Shown one piece after another: positions 22,686 through 35,234 of a stretch of DNA of 64,000 nt (the stretch's first letter is position 1; each line of letters opens with the position of its first letter). Under the pieces are notes generated by a model. That model was given only the letters and a program-made list of their open reading frames with translations. It made no database searches and had not been told where the DNA came from. Made by a program: the position numbers and the translations under genes. The DNA is taken from assembly GCF_035084215.1 (NCBI RefSeq), contig NC_090339.1, positions 25,296,001-25,360,000 of the forward strand. Direction: 5' to 3'. This DNA comes from Heptranchias perlo (taxonomy: Eukaryota).

Positions 22686-22855
22686 AAGCAGATTCAATCG
22701 TGGCTTTCAAAAAGGAATTGGATAAATACTTGAAGGGAAAAAATTTGCAGGGCTATGGGGAGTGGGGGAATGGGACTAACTGGATTGCTGTTACAAAGAG
22801 GCTCGATGGGCCGAATGGCCTCCTTCTGCCCTGTAACCATTCTATGATTTTATGC
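22683..22855 (+). mobile_element. Older CR1 3' end, right half
   Basis: aagcagattcaat...gatgggccgaatggcctccttctg...ttctatgattttatg. Confidence 0.8.
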
Positions 22856-23789
22856 TTTATATAGTGCCTTTAACATAGAAACATGTTGTCTTGTTTTTGT
22901 GTGAATCTTAATTCTTGTGGATGAATTGACTAATAATGTCAGCCACAGTATGGTCTGATATTGTGATTTTCTATCTTTGAGACAGGAGTATGTTCGACAA
23001 ACCATGTAAACTCTGGTGTGAAAAAACTCAATAAAATAGGGCATGAGGGTCTACTTATGGAAACTTCATTTCATCCCAAAGACAAGTAGAATTGTAACAA
23101 CCCTTGTTAGTGTTTTGAATTTTAGAACTACCCCTTAGATGCCGCCTGGGAGCACACACTTATAGCACTCCACTTTGTGCCATCATGGATGGGAGTGCAA
23201 CGTTGATGTGTTTTTAGTCCTCATTTACTCTACCATGCTATTACAATGCAAAAGTCTACTCGACACTTTTAAAAATGATATTTTTTTATTTTCTCTTTCC
23301 TTCTTTTATCTCTCCAGGTGTTGCTGTCAATCCACTCGTACGTTTCTACAACTACCACTTTAACCAGCAGCGAGGGTGTGCATGAGGAGAGTTAGCTATG
23401 TCCTTTGTAGACCACTGGCTAATTATCTCCCTGGCACAAAGCCTAGTTATTGCTTCTCCAGCCGAATTCGACCTCACACCACATTGTAAGTATAGGCTCT
23501 TCTGACAAAATTGATTAATTTGAAAAGCATTTTTTCTTTCAAATTATTGTAAGAATTGCTGCTTTTCCAATGAAACGTAAGCAATCCTATACTGTATACA
23601 TGTCTTCTTTTTATAAGATTAAATGCACCGTGTCAGAAACCGTGACATTCATCCAAGTTTTGCAAAGTCGTGATGCATCAGAGTGCCAGTGAGCAGCTGT
23701 TTCCTGGGATACTGAGGACTGCGTAGGTGTTGCATTCCCATTTAGCGCAGCAAACTGGTGTGATTCCAATGACAAAATGAGCTGTTGAT

Positions 23790-24130
23790 GGGAGGGGGCT
23801 GGACGCCGCAAATCGGCATTCCGGAAGCTGTAGCCCCGGTTTAAGGCGTGGCGCATGACTATCCGCATCGTCCAGCTAAAAATCTTACACCCTGGGCATG
23901 GAGGTGGGCTCGGGGGTTGACCCTGGCTGAAAAATAAGACGGTCTGGGAATTATTACCGGAGTACAACTACAACTCCCACAATACTTCACGGCCCCGCTG
24001 GGCGAGGAAACCAAACTTGATCAAACAATGGCCCCGCCTGCGTTCATCAGCGATTGGTGGCTGTGGTGGGAAACTCGAACGGTGTATGGCTGAGGCGTCG
24101 ATCAATCACGGCAGGTGGGCGGGGCCCCGC
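23790..24130 (+). promoter_or_regulatory. PRRG3: CpG-island promoter of PRRG3
   Basis: CpG-dense; ZNF143/THAP11-type ACTACAACTCCCACAAT from 23967, ETS CCGGAAG at 23821, reverse CCAAT near 24053, GC box near 24117; PRRG3 is the next plus-strand gene. Confidence 0.7.
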
Positions 24131-24209
24131 GGCCAGCAGCCTCGGTTGCGCGGTGCAGTCGCTGTGGTGCGGGGTTGCTCGGAGCGCATTTAAAGGCGTG
24201 ACGTGTGAG
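24130..24209 (+). other. PRRG3: Probable non-coding first exon of PRRG3 (5' end approximate)
   Basis: Donor GAG|GTACGT at 24209/24210 at the edge of the CpG island. Confidence 0.55.
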
Positions 24210-25179
24210 GTACGTACTGTCTGTGTCTGTCCCTCTTTTGTCTTCGTTAATGGAAGTCTAAAGGCTATTTTATTTATTTTTTTTAAAGCTTGTTAATGTT
24301 TCAGCTGAGTGTGTTTCCAAGGTGTCTCTGTTCTTGTCCTGATGATTTTGTTTTGCTGCAGCATCACTCACTTGGTACCTTTTTTCTTGCCACCCTCACA
24401 TTCCTGTTTCCATGGAAACCCCATGTAATATTTAAGGGTGAAATGATCAGTTGTCTTCAACAATCTTAATTTTATTGAGACAGTATTAACTGCAAACAAA
24501 CTAAAAAAAAATCAAATCTTGTTAATAAGAAATCTCAAGTAAAGCAAACACTCACCCCCTGTTGATCAGCCTTGTGTATTTGTACTCGATTCGCTTTTCA
24601 TTCTCCGAGATTGTCATTGCATTTGTTAGGCTGACTCTCGTATGATGTTACAGACAAGGTTTGTCAGTATCTTGTTTAAAATATTTAGCTGTGGCTTTTA
24701 TTCCTGGTTTTTTTTTTGCAGATTAGCTGTTGTATGGACTGGAGAGTTGTGGCTGGCTCTTGAGGCATGGTTCCAACTGAATAAGCTGTGGTATTAATAA
24801 GCTACAGATGTAGAGCACTGCAGGGTTAAATATGTTTCATAATTTTTTTCAAATTGTGTAATAAGTGTCAGTGCATAATTCTAGTTTTATATTTAAACAT
24901 GAAATGAAAATTGATTGTTGTGAGATTATTGTCTCACTCCTCCTTTACTGGGAACCAAGTCTGAATTTGGCTTTTATTTATGTGTAGCTGCAGAGGTGGA
25001 GGTTGGATGTTTTCAGGGAAAGGGAGAAGGCTGAATTATGAAGTCTTATGGAGAACTCTGAATTGTTTGAACTACATACCTAGAAGATGACAAAGATAGA
25101 GGAGCCACTCCACCAAAGAGCAAGCCCTAGTTAAAGCTACAAATGTTACACACATTTTTTAGTTTTAAAAATACCTTAC

Positions 25180-26400
25180 ATTTATATAGCATCTTTCACA
25201 TAGGCACTATACAGGGAGATTTGTGAAAACTGAGCAGGAAGCGGGGAAGGTGACCAAAGGAATAATAAGAGACATAAGTATTGAGAAAGCTTTTGAAGAT
25301 GGGAAGGGAGGTAGCAAGGTGAAGAGGTATTGGAAGAGAATTCAAGTGGAAGAGTACAGTGCCTTACCGATGATGAAGTGGAGGGAGGAGAGACCAACAA
25401 TAGACTAGCATTGGAGAAGTAGAAGGTGAGTGTGGGGACATGGGGCTGGAGAAGATTGATGAGGTAGGGGGGATGGATCTGAAGATGAGTACAAGGATTT
25501 TCAAATTGATACTTTGAGGAACAGGGAGGCATTGGACGTTTTCGAGGATGGGTGTGCAGGAATTTCTTCAAAATCAGTTGCGGTTTGTGTAGGTGGAAGT
25601 TGGGGAGGGGAGAGTATTAGCGAAATCGAACATTGAGATGTTGAATGCAAAGGGGCAGTGAGATTAGATAGGGGTGTAGATGGGTGATATTCTGGAGGTG
25701 GAAGTAGGGGGTCTTGGTGTTGGACTGAATATGAGTTTTGAAGTTCAGCTCAGGGCCGAACAAGACCTTAAAGACCTCGTGCACTTTTGTGTTCAGTCAG
25801 AACAAGCCAATGGAGATGAAATTGGTGTCCGTGGTATAAAGACTGTGGTACTAGCCAAAACTGAAGCCATACTGTTTGAGTTGAAGAAAATTCTGGCTGA
25901 ACCAAAATTTGTAAGAGACAGTTGGACAGCAAGGAAATAGTGGTGGAATTCAGGGTAGTAGTGGGAATGTAGAACTGAGCGTCATTGACACCCATGGAAG
26001 CTGACCCCATGTTTGTAATGATTTTGTCAAGAGGAGGATATAGTTACGAAATAAAAGCGGGTTAATATATAACTGATGGATACTGGAGGTAACTGTGCAG
26101 GCATTGAAGGTGAAGCTAATAGAAGAGATATGTTGAGTACATTAGTACAGATAAGAATGGAAGCAGGAGAAGCCGATGCCACGGAGATGGGCCACAGACA
26201 CAATAATTGACTATATGGAAAGTCGAGGAAAGAAAACAGAGAAAAATCAGCCTCTGTTACACAGAATATCATTGATAACTTTGATTGGGGTAGTCTCAGT
26301 GGTGTAGGTGGGATAGAAACCATACTGGAGACACTCAAACAATGAGTGGTTGCAATTTCATGATGATACATTTGACAATCTTTAGAAAGAACAGATTGGA
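25180..26400 (-). mobile_element. Highly decayed L2-clade LINE
   Basis: Starts with the reverse-complemented L2 tail (catttatatagcatctttc); purine-rich body with remnants such as DAQFYIPTT on minus strand. Confidence 0.6.
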
Positions 26401-26809
26401 GATAGAGCAGGAGGACAAGAGGAGTTCAGAATAGACTTTTTATGAAGGGGAAAGGAGGTCATAGCAATTTAGAAAAAGGGGGGAAACAATTCCTGAGGAA
26501 AGGGAAAAGTTGAAGATGCGGCCAAGCATGAGGCTTAGGAGTGGTATTTGGTTTTGAGGGACTGGATTGGAAGGGGATTAATGGAACACGTAGTAAGTTA
26601 AGAAGCCTCCCCATCCTGTGCTTTGAGTAGTGCACACATGCTGCTGACCTGGGCTCTCCTCTCTTCCCAGTTTTGATGGCCATTAACATAAAAACAACAA
26701 CAAGCCACATCTGCTGGATTTGATCTAGCTGTGAAAATATGGACATTTGAGTCACAGACCAAATGGATTAGCTTCCAATACTTCTGATTTTTTGGTGACT
26801 AAAATCACC

Positions 26810-27110
26810 ATGTAACATGGTACAGAGCCACACAGCCCAGGAAGGTCCTAGGTTTGATCCCTGAGCTTACTGATTACAATAGAGGTGTTGGGCAGAAGCT
26901 ACAGTTAGTGACAATTTGGCTCGCATTCTCTCTCCTGATTGTTATCCAGTGAATCCTGCTTGAATGTGTGCACTTATGGATTCCAGGTGAGGATATAATT
27001 GGACCGGGACATGATGCCACTTTTCCCCTCCTAAGTCAAATGACCTGCCATTACTCCCTGACCTGGCTCACGCATGCCTCGGGTAAGGCACAGGAGGGCT
27101 GTGAGAACTG
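26810..27110 (+). mobile_element. Ancient tRNA-derived SINE (AmnSINE2-like)
   Basis: gagccacacagcccaggaaggtcctaggtttgatccc head and ctcctgattgttatccagtga core; related copies at 44560 and 46260. Confidence 0.55.
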
Positions 27111-27589
27111 TGGAACTTCAGAAAAGGAGAAAGTTGGAGGAAGAAAAAATAGCTAGATACTTTAGGCCAGCCTTTATGTTAGAAATCGAGGGGCACACTG
27201 GCTTCTGGTGTCAAATTGAAGTACAGTACTTTGCCCATTGGTTCATATGGTGTTGCATGTTTGATAAGGGTATGTTGGTTTGCTCGTTATTGCATTTGTT
27301 TTCCTGGATACAGTGTGGATCCATTTGTCCTGTAGTTTGCACTGTTTATTATCTATTACTGACCTGCAGTCTAATGGCAAAAGTCAACTTTTAAAAGATG
27401 AAAAGTGGACGTTGTCTTTGTTCAGCGGTATGTATTGTTATGATTAGAATTCTATCCCAGTGAAAAGTCTAAAGGTCAGCTATTTGAAGGAACAGACAGT
27501 CTGGCTGTACTTCTTAAATTTAAAAAAGCTGAACTTGCTTGTAGTAGAAAGAGGCCCCACTGTGATTAGTCCCCTATTTAGTCACCAAA

Positions 27590-27870
27590 AAGAAAATTGC
27601 TTTGTGAGTGATGTCGGTAAACAGAGGACACAGATTTAAAATAATTGGCAAAATAGTCAGGGGGGAAATGAGGAGAATTTTTTTTAATGCAGTGAGTTGT
27701 TATGATCTGGAATGCACTGCCTGAAAGGGTGATGGAAGCAGATTCAATAGTAACTTTCAAAAGGGAATTTTATATATACTTGAAAAGAAAAAATTTGCAG
27801 GGTTATGGGGAAAGAGCTGGCACTGATACGATGGGCTGAATGGCCGCCTTCTGTGTTGTATGATTCTATG
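27590..27870 (+). mobile_element. CR1 3' fragment
   Basis: agaggacacagatttaaa...gatgggctgaatggccgccttctgtg...tgattctatg. Confidence 0.85.
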
Positions 27871-29291
27871 TCGTGCATAGATCATGTCGAGGATGGGTAC
27901 TCTTATTAATAAGATAAGTTAGCCACGTCTAAAATAATTCCTTGAAAATGGCTGTTGGATGGCATGCCAGTGCTTGGATAAAGGTACTCATTGCAGATGT
28001 AATATAAATTATTGTGTACCCTACAAAACTAAATTTGACTTGATGATGAAACAGATAGCTAAATACTTTTGGAAGTCAGCCATTACATGTAAGGGTTGTT
28101 TAATGGTATTTGAAAAGTATGTCCCTTTTAATTATAAACAGCTGGTGCAGCACTGTGTGTCATGTTTTTTAGTTTAAGAATGAACACTGGAAGGGTGCAA
28201 TCTAGAAGGGTGCATTCCCGAAAAGGGCCTCGATCACTTAGCAAGCTGGATGTGCAGGAGGCCTTTCCATGTTCTGTTTTGACTTAGTCATTTTAGATTA
28301 AATTATTAAATAACAGCTTAAAGTGTCTAAGTATAAAAATTATGTAATGTTAGGACTCCATTCCTTATGCCTGTAGCATTTCTGTACTTTTTGTTCCTCC
28401 ATTTTCCCCCTCCCTTAATCCAGTCAATCCCTCCTTAACCCAGTGATGCTGAGGCCAATAGCATGCCCACTGAGTATGTTTATTGTTTTGAGGAATTACT
28501 TTTAGGACATCACCGAAGATACTACTTGCTTCACTTTATAACATGCAGAAGAGTATTTTCATTGATTAGGTGTAGCTAAAATAAATCAGATTTAAAGGTA
28601 CATTATTTGTTTTGGTTCTGCCAGTTTCAATTTTGGTGCAGATTGAGAGAATTCTGTCACTCCTGGAGTTTGGCAATCAGCATTCATTTCTCATTTCTCT
28701 TAAATTGAGCTACCACTTTAATTGCAGTGCGTGGCTTGCTTTAGAATTTTAATGGGCATGATCTCAAGTACAATTTTGGTAGTAAATATGGTGTTTTATG
28801 ATTTTTTTCAAACACTTGTCATGCCTGGGGTATAGAACCCTGAAATAAGAAAGGTTCTCGACTTGAGAATGAATATTGCACAACTGCTGTGAAAGAGAGT
28901 ATAATACCTCATCTGTTTGCTGTTCTTCAAAGTGATAGGTTCTCAGCAGTTTTTTAAAATTGTAAATTTTAAAATGGTATATATTTTTTTCCATTCCATT
29001 TGGTTAGCCCAGGTTTCACTGTCCAATAAGAGAGCTGGAAGCTAATTTGCTCCCAGGCCTTTACGAATGGTATTAGAGAACTTGGGGAAAGGTACTGATT
29101 CCCTTGCAGATTCTTTCTGACTCCCTTTGGGAAATATCTGACCTCTGCTCACCTCATCCACACAGCTGAGATCAGGAGCTTGTTGTGTAAGGGATGCAGA
29201 AATTAATTGTGAAGTCTCTAAAATAACACTTTGTTTTGATTGTATTTTTTTCCAATCTTCATCCATTCCTGAAGAAGTCATTAAAATTGGA

Positions 29292-29301
29292 ATGGAGATC
29301 A
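29292..29301 (+). CDS. PRRG3: Candidate PRRG3 start-codon mini-exon (exon about 29275-29301)
   Basis: Polypyrimidine tract and AG at 29274, then ATG GAG ATC A|GTAAGT; phase 1, joins the Gla exon to give MEIMFLTSKDA. Confidence 0.4.
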
Positions 29302-30268
29302 GTAAGTATTGGCAGCATTCATACATCTTGCTGGTGTGGCCATTCTTTGTGTGTGAGCCCAGGTAGAGTTTGCAAGCTATTTGATCATGGGAGGGCCTTA
29401 CAACCAAGCCTGTTTCTATCCTTAAAATTATTCACATGCAAGCACTTTGCAGCAGAAGTCACTATATATCGAGATTATGAATAGGAACTATGGCTGATTT
29501 TTATTTTCTTCTCCCAACTATAGGCAGGAGAAGTGAGTGGTAGTGTCTCCGTCATTGCATTGGCAGATTTCAGCTAAGTCAGGACACACCAGAGATGCAG
29601 ACATCCTATTCTGCAAGGTTCAGTCATATACCACATGACTTAATGCATGTGTTTTCAAAGTGATCAAACTCCTTGGTGTGTGGGACCCCTGTAAATATTC
29701 ATACACTCATAGGGACTCCCTGCAGATATTGACACACTCCCAGGGTCCTCCATCCAACTTCTGAAGACAGTGTCAGCTACCCAAAAGAAAACAGTGTTAT
29801 CATTGCAGAGAAACATTATTTTTATTTGTGTGCGGTTACCTGAGCAGAAGTAACCTGTATCTGACTGGCTAGAAGTCAACTTGAGTATAATGATGTGGAA
29901 CCCTGTTCGGTGCTAGAGAGTCTGTAAGATCACTTTGGTTCCGGAAGTTACTGAGCACTGTTTGGTTTAAAACAAACTGCTAACCAAGGTCAGACTTGAG
30001 CTGACAGGCCCATCCATTTTACTGATGGTGATGTCAAGGTTGATATTTAAACCTGCGGACTAAATTGATTGGAGCTGGGAATGCTGTTGGATTTTCTTTA
30101 CTAATTAATCCAGGTTGGAGTAACATTATTTATTGCATTTGTTGAAGGTTAAAGACCAGCAATTTAATTCTTCTTGTTCCAACTATGTTTTACTTGCATA
30201 ATTTATTCATGTGGGCCTGAGATTTCTCCCTGCTACTCTTGATCCCCAGGACAACAGTTAACAACAGT

Positions 30269-30996
30269 GGGCTGCATTTTGCTGTAAAAATAACAGTGAG
30301 GCTAACTGAGCTCATCGTTATTCATGTGCAAATCAGACTATAACTTCCAGCGACCACACGTGCAGTTAAATGCGGAAATCCAGAAGTTGTTGCCCAAGAT
30401 GCGCTCCTCCTCCAAAAGCTGAGTGAGAACTGTATCTTGCTGGCTGACTCAGCATTCAAATACATTGAATGGCGTGAAGCTTCTATACTTACCTCAAAGT
30501 TATGGACTAAACTCGCCAACAAAAGTTAAGTCAAGTCTAAGTACCCTTTTAACGTGTGGTAAGTCTTAATTACTGCCAAACAACCTCTCTGGCATTGAAA
30601 ATTAACTTTTACAAGTGTGAAGTCTCATTCCATCAGATTTTAATTATTGTTGGACATTTAGAATTTTTAAAAACTTTTTCTTTCTGTCTCTTAATTCAAT
30701 CTTTCTTACCCTCTTTATTTCACTTTCTGTACCTGATTGGACATTGCATTCACTATTCTAACTTACACTTCCTGGTTTTGACTGCGCTGTTATTAACGAT
30801 TCTTCAATCTGATTGGTTAAGGAGGTACGCCGCTGCTTGCCCTGTTCACACAGGTCCCAGATGCCCTGAAGAGGGCGCCACACTGTTTTGAGCTCCCAGT
30901 GATAGGAACTTGCTGTGCAAAAGCCCATGGAACGTCTATGGGCAAGTGCAAGTCTAACTAACAGCCGTTTGTTCACCGCTCAGCAAAATCCAGCCC
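30269..30996 (+). mobile_element. Harbinger-like MITE
   Basis: TIRs gggctgcattttgctg / cagcaaaatccagccc; 3-bp TSD AGT; colinear with 49609-50388. Confidence 0.75.
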
Positions 30997-32750
30997 AGTA
31001 TGTTTTAATTTGTCACTGTGCTAGCCTAAATTTCTATCTGTGATTCAGAACTTGTTGGCTTGGAGACTACTTTTGCTACTTCGAATCCTTCTTGGCTCAC
31101 AAGCTACCTGCAGTGGCTGCCCGTCATACTCTTAAGGATCTATTTGGCATTGTAATACTGGTAAACTCCACACTTGCACTATAAAGAATGTTGTGTAAAT
31201 CAGTACAGTGCAGCTGTCACTTGCCTCTGGAAGTAGCTTGCTCCTTGGGGCTTAGTGCTTCCCCCATCATCTTTAATTTTAATTCACTTATAAAGGTGTA
31301 AAGAAATTGTCATCACACTGTAAGGACAGAATTAGGGGCTATAAGCAGAGGATACATCACGGGATACCAAAACATAAATCCTGTTACTAATGTTAGATGT
31401 ATGAACTCCAAATCTCATCATGCGTATAATCAGGATAGTATATGCATTCATTGATTTTTGTTTTTTTAAATGTAATGGTTTATTCTGTGGGTTTGCTGTG
31501 ACAGAAGGCTGCTTGCTAATATGATACAGTTGCTATAGTGGGGCTGCATCATGTAGTCAGTTCAATACAGGCCACAGGCTGGCACTCAAAATTCATTATT
31601 ATGGATGATGCAACCAAGACAATATAATTTATAGAAAATGACTTTGGGGGCAGAATAGTTTTTAAAAGCCTGGTATAATTGGGTATGCAGATACATGCAT
31701 CATGTGATTTTAAGAATACAAATGAATTTTCAGAAATGACCACTTCGTGCATTATTGGTTTGTGTCAATGTTCTGTCACTGCCTAATTTCAAAAGTGCGG
31801 TTACATTGGACCACCACATTTCTCATTTATGCTGTGTATACAGTGATTCTGTTTACTATTGGGGGATTGGAAAAGGTCATTTGTTGAATTTGCTAGGCTG
31901 CATTACTATGAACTTTGTCATTTGATTGACACAGTTAGAACTTTGTAAAATTCCTTAGACTTTGCAAGATGTTTTGCATTTTATGAACATGCACACGAGC
32001 TGAAAGGCAGCTATTTTGTTTCATAACTATTATGAAACGGGAATTCACCTCAAAAGATTCCAACTGTTCCAGTACCTCTGTGGTTTGTGTTTATTGAATT
32101 TCCTAATAACCTTAGTGTTTATAATGGGATCCATTAGTTAAACTTGTTCTATGTATAGCTGATACTGAAGTAAAAACATTGGCATTTATGTGGAGCAGTT
32201 GTGCCATGTACAAAGTGTCAGCTTAAATTTCTGACTCAGAATATTGGGACAGTAACTGAAGTTCTGAAAGTAGCAGAAGATGAGTTCATACATTCTGCTT
32301 CAACAATGGTGGTATTGGGGCATGGCGGCAGGGTGACGGGAAGAGGAAGAAGTGGCAGACAGCTGTTGAAAGAAATTCATCCACGATTTCTTATGCACTA
32401 TCTAGGACTTAGCAACATGAATGCCACAATAAAATCCAACCTGTGAACCACACTAACCACAATAATGTCAAAGCTGTAGTTATTCTGTGGTAGAGATAAA
32501 CAGAAAAACCACAAATACTACAGATCTGAAATAAAAACGGAAAATGTTGGAAATACACAGTAAGATGATCAGCCTCTGAAAGGTAAAGTTAGGATATGGT
32601 TTGAGGTATGAGCCTTCATCGAAACTTTTCTTTCCCTTTTTTAGATGCAGATCAATGTGCCCTGCATTTAAGGATTTTCTGTTTCTGTAGTCTATTCTGT
32701 GACTATGGTACTCGTAATACAGCCCATGTATGACACACTGTGATATCCAC

Positions 32751-34140
32751 GGGGCTCAGTTTTAGCCCCCAAGATCGGGTGGGTTGGGGGCGGGGGGGCA
32801 GACAAAATCAATGTTTTTGGGAGTGGGCAGACATCCTGGCTAGAACCCGCCCATTTTTGCATTAGACTCAGGCAAATCTGTGTGCGTGCGCACAGCAGTC
32901 ACCAAGAAGTCCCGCCCCCACTTAAATCTGGCGGTCCAATACTTAAAGGGGCAATGTACCTCATTGAAGTACTTAAGGTACTTTATATTTTGTATATTGG
33001 ACACTTAAAATGATTTTAACCTTCTCTGGGCGGCTTTCCCATCGCTTCCAATGCACGCTTGGTGAAAGCAGGTGGGAAGGGATGGGTCATCTCAGATGTC
33101 GCATGGACCCCCCTCCCCTCCAATCTCTGATGTCACCTGGACACCCCCCTCCCGTCCGATCGATGTTGCCTGGACACCCCCAACCCGCCCCCTGATCTCC
33201 GATGTTGCCTGGAATCCCCCCCCGCCTCCAAACTCCGATGTTGCCTGGAATCCCCCCCAGCCTCCAAACTCCAATGTTGCCTGGAATCCCCCCCCCCCCG
33301 CCTCCAAACTCTGACGTTGCCTGGAATCCCCCCACGCCTCCAAACTCCGATGTTGCCTGGAATATCCCCCCCCCCCCCGCCTCCAAACTCCGATGTTGCC
33401 TGGAATATTCCCCCCCCCGCCTCCAAACTCCGATGTTGCCTGGAATATCCCCCCCCCCACCCCCCCCCGCCTCCAAACTCTGATGTTGCCTGGAATTCCC
33501 CCCTCCTCCAAACTCCGATGTTGCCTGGAATCCCCCACCCCCCACCTCCAAACTCCAATGTTGCCTGGAATCCCCCCCCACCCCCCACCCCGCCTCCAAA
33601 CTCCGATGTTGCCTGGAATCCCCCCCAGCCTCCAAACTCCAATGTTGCCTGGAATTCCCCCCCCCCCCCCACCTCCAAACTCCGATGTTGCCTGGAATTC
33701 CCCCCCCCACCTCCAAACTCCGATGTTGCCTGGAATTCCCCCCCCCCCACCTCCAAACTCCGATGTTGCCTGGAATCCCCCCCCACCTCCAAACTCCGAT
33801 GTTGCCTGGAATCCCCCCCCACCTCCAAACTCCGATGTTGCCTGGAATCCCCCCCCCTCGCTGATCTCCGATGTCTTTTCCCCCCCCCCACCCCGCCCCC
33901 GCCCCACCCAACCCCACCACTGCACGATTTCTCTCCCAACGGCTGATGAGGTCTCTCGCTCTCTCTTTCTGTCTCTCCCTCCCCACATCCTCCCCCCCCC
34001 CCCCCCCCCCATTCCCCCCATCCCCATCGGATGTGTAGCTCCTCTCTATCGGGAGCGATACCCGGATGAGGCATTGACTGGCCTCATTAAGGTCATGATC
34101 GCACCTACTTCCCTACTGGGTTTCACACCCGAAAATCCAC
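32751..34140 (+). mobile_element. GC-rich non-autonomous DNA-transposon-like repeat hosting a minisatellite
   Basis: Terminus ggggctcagttttagccccc resembles the reverse complement of the 56331 end; taaaggggcaatgtacctcattg recurs inverted at about 63966-63990. Confidence 0.55.
33125..33870. repeat. Minisatellite, about 18 units of CCTCCAAACTCCGATGTTGCCTGGAAT plus a variable C tract
   Basis: Directly visible tandem units of roughly 35-50 bp; explains six overlapping spurious ORFs. Confidence 0.97.
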
Positions 34141-35234
34141 CCCCCACCCCCCTGCTCTCCCCCTGCCATGCCCATGATGTCCACGGGATGCATTTATTGA
34201 GTGATAATGATTACCAGGAAATAAAAGTCAGTTTTTTTACACAATGGACTGTATTGTTGTCCTCTGTAAAGTTAAAGAATAATTCCTTTACTAAACTGTC
34301 ATAAACAATAATGGTTTAATAAAAAAAGTTTACTCACAGGGAAGATATACTCCAGTATATATATCGTGAATAACAATTACTATGTATTATAGTACAATAA
34401 TTATTATATAAATATACTTTATTTTGGGAAAGAAATCTTGGTGTGTTGACCATGGAATGATGTATGTGCAGATGCTAGCTCAATTAATAATTTTAAATCT
34501 CCGATCGATATATTTTTGCTTGCCAAGGATATTCAGGGATATGGAGCCAAGGCAGGTAAATGGAGTTAGGAGTTAGGATACAGATCAGCCATGATCTCAT
34601 TGAATGGCAGAACAGGCTTGAGGGGCTGAATGGCCTACTCCTGTTCCTATTGCAGGAATACTTTCCATACCCCATGTTTTCAACTGACATAGCACTGAGT
34701 TAACAAAAGAGTTATTTTCACACTTGATGGCTTGGTGGGTATTTTTAGAAGTGGCGTAACACCAGCTAAGCTTATGGTGCTTTGAGCTGTCTGCACTGTC
34801 TGCATCTGCTGTAATGCTCCTGATATGATCGCGCATACTGATCAGAATTGAATGAAGCATTGTTTCATTTGGAGGAAATTAAAAAATTTTCATCACTTGC
34901 TTGTTTGTCCAGGAACTTCTCAGGATTTGCTTGAATTAATAAAGTAGGAGAGTCTAGAATACCCGCCCCCCCTCCCCCTCAACTGCTTATTACTTTTGGC
35001 TTGTATAACACAGACTGTATTTTAAGGACACAACCCATCTTGATCCGGATTATGTTGATAAACCCTTCAAACTTCGCCTTGTTATGTATGGCCTTATCTG
35101 AACTGCTTGATATAATACACTATGCATTTACCATAGACATGATATATAGTGGATGCTTTTCATCTTGAATATGTAGTGAAATAACTCCTGACATCACTAC
35201 TCAAATCATGATACAGTAGCATCTCCGTTCAAAT

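Noticed and set aside
23611-23967. 118-aa minus-strand ORF at the CpG island as a divergent gene
   Set aside because: Non-ATG start, no recognisable homology; GC-rich sequence explains the open frame
33010-34304. Six overlapping Pro/Gly-rich ORFs of up to 313 aa, and a CRISPR-like repeat-spacer look
   Set aside because: Products of a minisatellite; the spacers are only poly-C tracts, there are no cas genes and the context is vertebrate
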